This document shows, in pieces, positions 1 through 8,643 of a stretch of 64,000 bases of DNA. The position numbers and the translations under genes were made by a program. The notes beneath the pieces are model-generated. The model was given only the letters and a program-made list of their open reading frames with translations, was not told where the DNA came from and did no database searches. Numbering within the stretch: position 1 is the first letter of the stretch; every line of letters starts with the position of its first letter. The stretch is from an uncultured Candidatus Binatia bacterium (GTDB lineage Bacteria > Desulfobacterota > Binatia > Bin18): positions 2,941,467 to 3,005,466 of the forward strand of contig OZ242288.1 in the NCBI GenBank assembly GCA_965207575.1, read 5' to 3'.

Positions 1-45
1 TCAGCCGGAGATTTGAGCCACAAGAGGAAAATCCGCCCTTTTTGT

Positions 46-1329
46 TCAGGGGGATGCGACAGATACGGGAAGCAGCATGGTTCTCGCCCGCACGACCAGC
101 ATCAACGCGGCAGCGCACAGCAGACCGATACCAACGCCGCTAAACCCGAGTTGATAGCTGCCGGTCGTGTCATAGATAAAGCCCATCACAGTCGGGCCAA
201 CGAAGCCGCTCAAACAGATAACGGTCTGATAGAAACCGTAGATCACGCCGTGCGCTTTCATACCGAACATACGCCCGGTCACGAGGGCGGTCAGCGGGGT
301 GGTACCACCAAAGAAGAAGCCGAAGCAGGTCACAAAACCGACCACGGCAACCACGGGAGAAGCCCATAAGAGCAAGGCTATACCCACGCCACCCAGGGCA
401 TAACAGGTCGCCGCCAGTTGCAGCGGATCATAGCGATCACTCGCCCAGCCAAAACCCAGCCCGCTGAGCACGGACGCGCTCAGCAGCACACTCATCAGCA
501 GGGCCGCGTGCTGGGCGGAAAAGCCTTGATCCGTAAAATAGGGATACTGGTGAATCATCACGGAAAAGAGACAGCCATAGGCCAGAAAATAGATGCCGAT
601 GAGCGCCCAGAAACGGCCGGTCCGGAGCGTATCGCGGGCGGATATCCCCTCCCCTACGTCAACATCGGGCGGCGTGTCGTCCGTGGTCGGTCTCGTCTCG
701 CCGTCCGGCAGCAGACCCAGGTCAGCCGGCGTATCTCGCAACAGCCCAAACAACACCGGAAGCAGGATAAGCCACAGCAGCCCGCCCAGGACCAACAGGG
801 TGAGACGCCAGTCGACCCACTCGATACAAGACGAGGCAAAGGGTGTCATCAGCAGCCCGCCAACCGGAGCGCCGATCATGGCCGTACCCATGGCCCGACC
901 GCGCTTGCGCGCAAACCAGCGCGAAATAACGATATTGACCGGCACATGGGCCAGGGCCGTAAACCCAACCCCCACCCCGAGACGCAGCACATAGAGTTGC
1001 CACAGGGCCGTCATCTGAGACAGCAGCATCAGGCACAGGCCGACCAGTACGGCCGCCGGAATCATGACCGCCCGCGGCCCATACAGCCCTACCGCTCGCC
1101 CGACAAAGGGAGCGGTGAGAGCAATAGCCAACATAAAGGCTGAAATCCCACCGGATACCTGCGCCCGGGTCCAGCCGAACTCTGCGGTCAGCGGTTTGAG
1201 AAAGACGGGGAAAGACAGATTACCCACACCACCGGCCATCGACATGCTGACAAAGCATGTCACGACAATCCACCAGCCATAAAAAAACGCGGGCGCCCCC
1301 TGGCTCAATCCTCCGTCCCGGTCTGCCAT
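46..1329 (-). CDS. MFS transporter (oxalate/formate antiporter-like family)
   Basis: 427-aa ORF with 12 predicted hydrophobic helices and a central hydrophilic loop; MFS-like motifs. Confidence 0.7.
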   Translation of the reverse strand: MADRDGGLSQGAPAFFYGWWIVVTCFVSMSMAGGVGNLSFPVFLKPLTAEFGWTRAQVSGGISAFMLAIALTAPFVGRAVGLYGPRAVMIPAAVLVGLCLMLLSQMTALWQLYVLRLGVGVGFTALAHVPVNIVISRWFARKRGRAMGTAMIGAPVGGLLMTPFASSCIEWVDWRLTLLVLGGLLWLILLPVLFGLLRDTPADLGLLPDGETRPTTDDTPPDVDVGEGISARDTLRTGRFWALIGIYFLAYGCLFSVMIHQYPYFTDQGFSAQHAALLMSVLLSASVLSGLGFGWASDRYDPLQLAATCYALGGVGIALLLWASPVVAVVGFVTCFGFFFGGTTPLTALVTGRMFGMKAHGVIYGFYQTVICLSGFVGPTVMGFIYDTTGSYQLGFSGVGIGLLCAAALMLVVRARTMLLPVSVASP

Positions 1330-1404
1330 GCCGCTACGTATAGAGGCCCGGCCGCCTATCCGTCCAGGGCGGTCGTTTTTGACGGAGGTCGGAACGACGC
1401 CTCC

Positions 1405-2562
1405 TCAAATGGCGCGAATCTTGGGCAATACCTCCTGGGCAAAGAGTCGCAGGCTCTGCGTGGCGAGTGCATCCGGTAGGGAACCAAACTGAAACATCGC
1501 CAGGAGGGTTCCGCGTTTGCCCTCCTCGCGTTGGCGTTTGATTTGCGCGAGCACGCTTTCCGGTCCACCTAAAATGACGGTCCCATTCTCAATTCCCTCA
1601 TCGACGCTATAGCCCATGGCCTTGCCCGTGTCTTTGCTCGTGACGTTCTTCAGCCAGTCGCGCATGCCATTGACGCTCATATGTCCGGGGATAAGCGAGA
1701 CGGTGCCGATATCAAACGACGCCAGCGCGCGGAAGAAGTGGTATTCTAAGTGCGCTTCGGCCTCCTGGCGGGCCTTTTTATCGCTCTCGCCAACGTATAA
1801 CGCGCAGATCGAGGCAAACATGTCATCAAAATCCTCGGGGACGGTGATGCTTTGCTCTTGAGCCAGCCGATAATACGTCTCGTGCACCGAACGGGTGCGC
1901 TCAATACTGACCCACGGCGTAGCAATATAGGTGCGGTTCTTGACCGCAAAATCGAGCGAGTCCAGGCTGTTGGCCGCCATCCAGATTTTCGGATAGGGCT
2001 GCTGCAGGGGCTTGGGCCAGATATTGTAGTCCCGGACGCGGTAGAACTGGCCGTCAAAATCAAACCGCCCCTCACTCGAAAGCGCTTTCAGGACCAGGGA
2101 AAACCCTTCCCGAAACCGCGCCTGAGATTCCGCCGGGTTGACGTTGTAGGACAGGTATTCGGTCGGAAAGCCACGCAGCGCCCCCCAGATGAAACGCCCA
2201 TTGCTCAGGTGGTCGAGCATGGCGACCTCTTCCGCAATGGCCAGCGGGTGGTGTAACGGAATACACGTGCCGGTGACCGCCACTTGAAGATGTTGCGTGC
2301 GCTGCGAGACGGCTGCCGCCATGAGGTGGGTCGAGGGTACCATGGCACAAAATCCGCCGCCGCCATGATGCTCCTGACAGGTGAAGCCATCCAACCCAAG
2401 CTCATCACTCAGTGTGATCCGGTCCAGCTCTTGTTGCAGCAACGCGTTTCCCCGGACAGGATCAAAATACCGATTCGAGAGCGGATACGATCCGGGCGTA
2501 CCAACGGGAGCGTCGTCAGGCAGATGCGGCCAGCCAAACAGCACCATATTGAAGACTCTCAT
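1405..2562 (-). CDS. Luciferase-like (LLM) flavin-dependent oxidoreductase
   Basis: LLM-family sequence. Start moved to MRVFNM (ATG at 2562), which overlaps the upstream gene stop by ATGA (2559-2562). The ORF-track N-terminal extension is unlikely. Confidence 0.7.
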   Translation of the reverse strand: MRVFNMVLFGWPHLPDDAPVGTPGSYPLSNRYFDPVRGNALLQQELDRITLSDELGLDGFTCQEHHGGGGFCAMVPSTHLMAAAVSQRTQHLQVAVTGTCIPLHHPLAIAEEVAMLDHLSNGRFIWGALRGFPTEYLSYNVNPAESQARFREGFSLVLKALSSEGRFDFDGQFYRVRDYNIWPKPLQQPYPKIWMAANSLDSLDFAVKNRTYIATPWVSIERTRSVHETYYRLAQEQSITVPEDFDDMFASICALYVGESDKKARQEAEAHLEYHFFRALASFDIGTVSLIPGHMSVNGMRDWLKNVTSKDTGKAMGYSVDEGIENGTVILGGPESVLAQIKRQREEGKRGTLLAMFQFGSLPDALATQSLRLFAQEVLPKIRAI

Positions 2563-3365
2563 GCTCCCCCCTCTGGCGGAATGAAGGTGTGAATAGCCTG
2601 GATAACGGCCTCGCAATCCTCCACATACGGGAGATGTCCCGCCCCCGGAATCACCACGCTGCGAGCCTGTGGCAGCGACGCGGTCCACAGCGCGGCGTGC
2701 GCTGGCGCCAGGAGGGGGTCCTGCTCGCCCCAGACGACAAGCGTTGGGGTCGTCAGAAGATGCAAGTGATGGCGCAGGCTGCGACTGTGGAGGTAGGGGT
2801 CAAACACCAGGCGGATACTCGCGTTTCGGTTGTTGATGAATGCGTCGGTCCAGTCACTCAGCTCTGGAACGTACAGTGAGGCCTTCTCCAGAGCCGCATC
2901 AGGAAAAAGATACTGCGGCAGGCGGGCCGGGTCCGTATAGAAGAGATTGGGCACCTTGGTCCAGTCCTGCACCAAGCCGAGCGGGCTAATCAAAACCAAA
3001 TTGGCAATCCGCTCCGGTCGGAGCAGAGCGAGCTCGGCCCCGACCCATCCACCGAGACACGAGCCGACGACAATCGGCCGTTTGAGCGACAGGGCCTCAA
3101 AGAATTGCAGCAGCAGCACCGCTACGTCGTGCGGCGTCTTCGCCCACCCCGGCAACGTGGATTGCCCATAGCCCGGCAGGTCGGGAACACACACCTGAAA
3201 ACGTTCGGCTAAGCGTTGGTGGTAGTCCATCCAGCCCGGCTCGCCCCACAGCCAGTGGAGCCATACCAGCGGCGGACCCTGGCCAGCCCGACGGTAGCAA
3301 AATTGAAGAGCGTCCCGCGCCGCGCCATCTCCACGCAGTTCAAGCGTTTCTCGTTGCGGAGTCAT
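2559..3365 (-). CDS. alpha/beta-fold hydrolase
   Basis: 268 aa with a GxCxGG nucleophile-elbow variant (VGSCLGGW) and a C-terminal His; translationally coupled to the LLM gene. Confidence 0.7.
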   Translation of the reverse strand: MTPQRETLELRGDGAARDALQFCYRRAGQGPPLVWLHWLWGEPGWMDYHQRLAERFQVCVPDLPGYGQSTLPGWAKTPHDVAVLLLQFFEALSLKRPIVVGSCLGGWVGAELALLRPERIANLVLISPLGLVQDWTKVPNLFYTDPARLPQYLFPDAALEKASLYVPELSDWTDAFINNRNASIRLVFDPYLHSRSLRHHLHLLTTPTLVVWGEQDPLLAPAHAALWTASLPQARSVVIPGAGHLPYVEDCEAVIQAIHTFIPPEGGA

Positions 3366-3678
3366 ACTCGCAGATTTTCCTTTTTGCCATTAGGGTTAGC
3401 ATAAGCTCGGCGGTTCCTACAGCCTGGAACATCTGTTTTTGACTATACTCAATAATTTTTTGGTATAGCCGAAGCCCGACATATAGCTCTGACAAAAAGT
3501 GGGAGATGTATCATTTAGATGAATGAGTTCTTGCGAGGTGTGAGATCCGGGAGGACCGGGGGAGACTGTGGAGTTAAACGGCGAAGGGCTTATCGACCCA
3601 CGCCAGGCTCACGGACTCCTCCCAGGTGTGCTAGGAGGAGGAGCGAAATTCTCAGTGAATGTCTCAAGGAGGTGTTTC

Positions 3679-4545
3679 ATGCGGATAAAGCACGTCGTGT
3701 GTGGTCTGGTCGTGGTTGCTCTGATGGGCGGAGGCAGCTCTCAGGCGACGGCCGAGTTTTTCCCCTGGTGGGCGTTTGACAGTGTCATTGAGGAGGTTCA
3801 GGACCGGGGGACGCTGAGAGTCGGGCTCGGGCTGTTCCCGCCTGGGTCAGCCTGTAATGCCGACGGCGAGTTGGTCGGCTTCGAGATTGATGTGGCGACC
3901 AAAATAGCCGCAGACATGGAGGTTGAAATCGAATTTGTGCCGACGAACTGGAACTATATTATCCCGTCACTGATCGCGGAGGAGTTTGATATCATTAGTG
4001 GGATGACGATCCTGCCACACCGCAACCTCAAGGTCAATTTCACGTCCCCCTACAATGCGACCGGCATCTATCTGGTGGCGAATATGGAGGAAAGCGCAGA
4101 CCTGGAAACACTGGCAGATTTTAACCGGGCCGCTGTCACGATTGCGACCCGCCGCGGTGCCTCGTCCATCCCCGCGATCAGGAATGTATTTCCTCATGCC
4201 ACGTTACGGCTCTTCGACGCAGACACCGAGGTCCTCCAAGCGGTCGTCGCTGGTGAGGTTCATGCTGTGGCAGCGTTCGCGACGGCGCGGACCAGATGGG
4301 TTGAGGCTCACCCGGAGACGCTGCATGTGCCCTTCGAGGAGCCATTTGCCTCGGTCGTGTTAGCATGGGCCGTGCGCAAAGGGGACCTCGATACCCTCAA
4401 TTTCTTCAACAGTTGGATTACGGTCAACCAGGCGAACGGCTGGCTTGAGCAACGCCGCCAGTATTGGTTCGAGGGCCGCGAGTGGGAGGGTCGGGTCGCG
4501 ACCGATCCTGAAACCGTTGCCGCGTGCGATGAATCGTTTCAATAG
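3679..4545 (+). CDS. Periplasmic substrate-binding protein, family 3 (amino-acid ABC-type SBP), copy 1
   Basis: Signal peptide MRIKHVVCGLVVVAL; SBP_bac_3-like sequence. AAGGAGG ribosome-binding site 7 nt upstream. Start taken at the internal Met (3679) because the paralog starts there. Confidence 0.7.
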   Translation: MRIKHVVCGLVVVALMGGGSSQATAEFFPWWAFDSVIEEVQDRGTLRVGLGLFPPGSACNADGELVGFEIDVATKIAADMEVEIEFVPTNWNYIIPSLIAEEFDIISGMTILPHRNLKVNFTSPYNATGIYLVANMEESADLETLADFNRAAVTIATRRGASSIPAIRNVFPHATLRLFDADTEVLQAVVAGEVHAVAAFATARTRWVEAHPETLHVPFEEPFASVVLAWAVRKGDLDTLNFFNSWITVNQANGWLEQRRQYWFEGREWEGRVATDPETVAACDESFQ

Positions 4546-4612
4546 TGGGCTGCGGGTCAGGCCGCCCGGATAAGGGGCGAAATTCCAGGCGCATGTCTCA
4601 AGGAGGTGTTTC

Positions 4613-5482
4613 ATGCGGATAAAGCACGTCGTGTGTGGTCTGGTCGTGATTGCTCTGATTGGTGGTACTAGCTCGCGCGCGCCGGCCGAGTTTTTCCCGT
4701 GGTGGGCGTTTGACAGCGTCCTTGAGGAGGTCCAGGACCGGGGGACGCTGAGAGTCGGACTCGGCCTGTTCGAGCCCGAGTCGTTCTGCAATGCCAACGG
4801 CGAGTTGATCGGCTTCGAGATTGATGTGGCGACCAAACTGGCCGAGGACATGGGGGTGGAGATCGAATTTGCGCGGACGAACTGGAACTATATCATCTCG
4901 GAACTGCTCGCGGAGGAGTTTGATGTCATTATCAGCGGGATGCAAATCCTGCCGGACCGCAATCTCCGGGTCAATTTCACCTCCCCGTACAATGCGACCG
5001 GGACCTTCCTCGTGGCGAATAGTGCACAAACCACAGACCTGGCAACGCTGGCCGATTTCAACCGTGCCAGTGTCACGATTGCGGTCCGGCGGGGAGTAGC
5101 GTCCATCCCTGCGATTGAGACTGTGTTTCCTGAGGCCATGCTCCTGCTCTTTGACACCGACACCGAGGTCCTCCAAGCCGTCATCGCCGGTGACGCCCAT
5201 GCCGCGGCAGCGTTTGCGACGACGCGGACCACGTGGGTGGAAGCCCACCCGGAGACCCTGCATATGCCCTTCGAGGAGCCATTTGCCTCGGGCGTGGCGG
5301 GCATGGGTGTGCGCAAAGGGGACCTGGATACCTTAAATTTCTTCAACAGTTGGATTACGGTCAACCAGGCGAACGGCTGGCTCGAGCAGCGCCGCCAGTA
5401 TTGGTTCGAGGGCCGCGAGTGGGAGGGTCGGGTCGCGACCGATCCGGACACCGTTGCTGCGTGCGACGACTCATTTCAATAG
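4613..5482 (+). CDS. Periplasmic substrate-binding protein, family 3, copy 2 (tandem paralog)
   Basis: About 80% identical to copy 1 across its length, including the duplicated ribosome-binding site and leader (gtctcaaggaggtgtttcATG). Confidence 0.7.
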   Translation: MRIKHVVCGLVVIALIGGTSSRAPAEFFPWWAFDSVLEEVQDRGTLRVGLGLFEPESFCNANGELIGFEIDVATKLAEDMGVEIEFARTNWNYIISELLAEEFDVIISGMQILPDRNLRVNFTSPYNATGTFLVANSAQTTDLATLADFNRASVTIAVRRGVASIPAIETVFPEAMLLLFDTDTEVLQAVIAGDAHAAAAFATTRTTWVEAHPETLHMPFEEPFASGVAGMGVRKGDLDTLNFFNSWITVNQANGWLEQRRQYWFEGREWEGRVATDPDTVAACDDSFQ

Positions 5483-5515
5483 TGGGCTGCGGGTCAAGCC
5501 GCCCAGACCTCGCCA

Positions 5516-5666
5516 CTAGAGCAAATTACGATGCTGTGTAGCCGCCCGTCATTCCTGCGCAAGCAGGAATCCAGGCCCTCGGCCTCCCTGGCCGCTGGAT
5601 GCCGGATCAAGTCCGGCATGACGAGAGCGGACTGGTACGACTACAACGTATCGTAAACCGCTCTAG
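5516..5666 (+). repeat. MITE-like structured repeat, copy A
   Basis: Terminal inverted repeats CTAGAGCAAATTACGAT / ATCGTAAACCGCTCTAG. Internal hairpin modules CATTCCTGC-GCAA-GCAGGAATC and GCCGGA-TCAAG-TCCGGC. Same modules recur at about 43965, 45758, 48849 and 62085. Confidence 0.55.
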
Positions 5667-6151
5667 CCAACAAAGAGTGTGTAGGGTTTGCCGTTCAGAT
5701 GAATGAGTTCTTGCGGGGCCAGCAGGCATTTTTCCTGGGAGAGCACGCGGCTGGCGATCTCCCGATTGATGGGCGGCACCTGCTCCAATTGCTCAATCTG
5801 CTCCAGGGTCAAATACTCGGCGCGGTCAACCTCTTCCATATCTGGCTGCGGCTCACCGCGCAGCGGTTTCATCAGCAGGACGATGTACAGGCTGTTGCCA
5901 ATGTCGGGATCACACCGATTCCGCAGGCCAATGACGCCCTGCACCTCTCCGGTCACGCCGGCTTCCTCGCGGACCTCGCGGACGACGGCCCGCTCGATGG
6001 TTTCGTCCGGCTCGACAAAGCCGCCCGGAACCTGCCAGTTCCCCCTACCCCGCCGTGAGGCGCGGCGCACGAGCAGCAGACGGTTGTCGCGCACGACCGC
6101 GCCACCAACGCCAAGGTTGTAGCCACGGTTATACCGTTCGGGGATGGGCAT
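5663..6151 (-). CDS. NUDIX hydrolase
   Basis: NUDIX box GGFVEPDETIERAVVREVREEAGV (GX5EX7REVXEEXGU). Confidence 0.8.
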   Translation of the reverse strand: MPIPERYNRGYNLGVGGAVVRDNRLLLVRRASRRGRGNWQVPGGFVEPDETIERAVVREVREEAGVTGEVQGVIGLRNRCDPDIGNSLYIVLLMKPLRGEPQPDMEEVDRAEYLTLEQIEQLEQVPPINREIASRVLSQEKCLLAPQELIHLNGKPYTLFVG

Positions 6152-6188
6152 GGAAATGAAGCGGGAGACGCGGTGTCTCCCGATCGTG

Positions 6189-6974
6189 TTACGAAAGCAC
6201 CATGGGCAGCCCGAGGTACTCGTTATACATAAAGTCCCGATGTTCGATCAGGGCGGGGTCGAGCGCTTTTTCAATCGCCGGATTGGGGAACTCGAAGGCC
6301 GCGCGCAACACCTCCATGATATTGCACTGCTCGGGCGGCAGCGGTTTCATCAGGGCGCAAAACGTAGCCCAATAGAAGTCCAGGGCCGTGACGTGTTCGC
6401 CCATGAGGAAGCGGTTGCCCTTTGCCTGCTCGGCTTTGAGGCGGGCGGACAGGAGGGTCAGCACGTCGGTCACCCGTTTGGTCGCCTCCGGGCCGATGCC
6501 GGGCCGGTAGCCGTATTTCGCCCCAAGGTAGTGGCCCATCTCGGCCGGAATCGGGTAGTTGACATTCGGGTCTATGGCGGCATCACACATCATGAGACGA
6601 GCTGACCAGCCCAGGCCCATTTCGCCACAGATTTCATACGAGAGACCGAACATCAGCGCGCGTTGCTCCGGGTCAGCCGGAATAAGACGGGGCTCGGGCT
6701 GGAGGCGTTCGAGCAAGAGCAGGATCTCCGCCCAGCCGGACCGGGGCGCTTCGTCTTCATACATGGCGGACGGCGCGCTATCCTCACCCGTCCACTCCAC
6801 CAGGCCCTTATTGGCCTCGGGGTTACCCGGCATATAGAGCGTAGCGGTAAAGGGAATATTTTTGGTCTTGAGCATACCCTTGATCGCTTCTCCCCACGGG
6901 CTCGGCGCATTGGCCACAAACGTCAGGCGCAGACCCGAGGCCTGCTTGGCTTCTTCCAGACTGACAAACTGCAT
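6189..6974 (-). CDS. Glutathione S-transferase-like protein
   Basis: N-terminal thioredoxin-like segment plus C-terminal helical GST-like domain. Start probably at MQFVS rather than the ORF-track Met. Confidence 0.5.
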   Translation of the reverse strand: MQFVSLEEAKQASGLRLTFVANAPSPWGEAIKGMLKTKNIPFTATLYMPGNPEANKGLVEWTGEDSAPSAMYEDEAPRSGWAEILLLLERLQPEPRLIPADPEQRALMFGLSYEICGEMGLGWSARLMMCDAAIDPNVNYPIPAEMGHYLGAKYGYRPGIGPEATKRVTDVLTLLSARLKAEQAKGNRFLMGEHVTALDFYWATFCALMKPLPPEQCNIMEVLRAAFEFPNPAIEKALDPALIEHRDFMYNEYLGLPMVLS

Positions 6975-7084
6975 ACCGTCCTCCTTCGCTTCGGTCTGAT
7001 GACGCGGCATTCTAGCGGAATAGTGCGGCGGGCGCGATACGCGGAGACTTGATCTCCATCTCTTCCGCCGTTAGCTTCGAGCCC

Positions 7085-7618
7085 ATGCCAACCCCGGCCG
7101 TTACGCGCAACCCGTTTTCCTGGTTTTTGCTCCTCGGCCTGCTCCTGAGCGGATTTCTGATCTGGCTGATTTACTATAAGCCGGCGGCCACGACAGAGGG
7201 AGAGTGGGTGACCTACCTCCCGGCGGCCAACGCCGGTTTTAACGCCCTGTGCGCCTGCTGTTTGATCGGCGGGTTTGTCAACATCAAGCGCGGCAACCGG
7301 GAGCGGCATATACGCTGCATGCTGGCCGCGCTCGTGTTCTCAGTCCTCTTTCTGGTGAGTTATATCGTCTATCACCATTTTCACGGCGATACCCCCTTTC
7401 CCGGCCAGGGACCGATTCGGCTACTGTATTTTTTCATCCTGATCAGCCACATCGTGCTGTCCATTGTCGCCCTGCCCCTGGTCTTCACCACGCTCTACCA
7501 CGCGGCCCGCCAACAGTTTGAGGCCCACAAAAAGATCGCGCGCTACACCTTCCCGGTCTGGCTCTACGTCTCGGTCACCGGCGTGCTCGTCTTCTTTTTT
7601 CTCAGAGCCTATACGTGA
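7085..7618 (+). CDS. DUF420-type small membrane protein
   Basis: Four predicted TM helices and a YHHFHG motif. The length and topology match DUF420 proteins. Confidence 0.45.
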   Translation: MPTPAVTRNPFSWFLLLGLLLSGFLIWLIYYKPAATTEGEWVTYLPAANAGFNALCACCLIGGFVNIKRGNRERHIRCMLAALVFSVLFLVSYIVYHHFHGDTPFPGQGPIRLLYFFILISHIVLSIVALPLVFTTLYHAARQQFEAHKKIARYTFPVWLYVSVTGVLVFFFLRAYT

Positions 7619-7792
7619 ATACGGGCAACCCAGCCCGGCCTTCGGCCATCCCTCCAAGAAGGGGATCAGGAAGGATGTATGACGACGCAGCCTCAAGATG
7701 GCCGACGAGTACGCCACACCACCAACCAGAGCTTGCGGTCATCTTCCGAATAATGATATCGCTTTCTCAATATACTGATATCGGATGAGGCT

Positions 7793-8041
7793 ATGAGCAA
7801 AGTGTTTGTCAGAACAGTAATCAGCCTGGATGACGAACAGAAGGCGTGGCTGGACCGGCAGGCTGCGTTGCGCCGCGTGTCCATGGCCTCGCTGATTCGC
7901 CAGGCGGTCAGCGAATTTCGGATGCGGGAACAGCGCGGCTCGGCGACCTCGTTTCAAGAGGTGCTCAAGCAGACGGCGGGCATCTGGCAGGGCGGGGACG
8001 GACTCGAGTACCAGGAGCGTATTCGCAAGGAATGGCCCTGA
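7793..8041 (+). CDS. vapB: Type II antitoxin, RHH/CopG-like (VapB)
   Basis: 82 aa; N-terminal ribbon-helix-helix-like segment; 4-bp gap before the PIN toxin gene. Confidence 0.6.
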   Translation: MSKVFVRTVISLDDEQKAWLDRQAALRRVSMASLIRQAVSEFRMREQRGSATSFQEVLKQTAGIWQGGDGLEYQERIRKEWP

Positions 8042-8044
8042 GGG

Positions 8045-8449
8045 ATGGCCAGATATCTGCTCGACTCGGTCATCGTCATCGACCACTTTAACGGCGTTGA
8101 GGCGGCGACGGAGTTTCTTGCCGCCCACGGGCGCGATTGCGTGATTTCCGTCATTACCCGTGCGGAGACGCTGGCTGGATTCCTTGCGGCATCGGAGTCC
8201 TTGGCTCGCGAGCTATTGGACACGTTTACGGCGTTACCCGTAACCGTCGAAGTCGCTGATGCCGCCGCACAGTTGAGGCGTACCCAGCGCTGGAAACTGC
8301 CGGATGCGATTCAGGCGGCCATCGCCATTCAGGAAGGTCTGACATTGGTCACGCGAAATACTCGGGACTTCAAGGCTGGCGGCCCGGTCGCGGTGGAAAC
8401 TCCGTATCAAATACCCAATCCGCCCAAAAGGAAGAATAACGCCACATGA
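8045..8449 (+). CDS. vapC: PIN-domain toxin VapC
   Basis: MARYLLDSVIVID... PIN N-terminus with conserved acidic residues; immediately downstream of the antitoxin. Confidence 0.8.
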   Translation: MARYLLDSVIVIDHFNGVEAATEFLAAHGRDCVISVITRAETLAGFLAASESLARELLDTFTALPVTVEVADAAAQLRRTQRWKLPDAIQAAIAIQEGLTLVTRNTRDFKAGGPVAVETPYQIPNPPKRKNNAT

Positions 8450-8643
8450 ACACCGCCCCCGTTTTCTGACTGGAGCAAGTCGTGCAGAGAGCGCACTTGG
8501 AGGATTTCGTAGGCACGTGTGGGCATCCCCCTTACGTGCACTATTCCTTTGGAATGCTGATTACAGCGGAAGTCTCTCTTGGGAGGAGTGCCGCGTAGCG
8601 GCGAGGTGGTTTGTCAGGTCCGATCGGATTGTAACACAGGCGG

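Noticed and set aside
1405-2688. ORF-track N-terminal extension of the LLM oxidoreductase (MDRVAATGSQRGDSGGG...).
   Set aside because: The extension is Gly/Arg-rich and overlaps the upstream hydrolase gene by 130 bp. The internal Met at 2562 gives a clean ATGA coupling and a typical LLM N-terminus.
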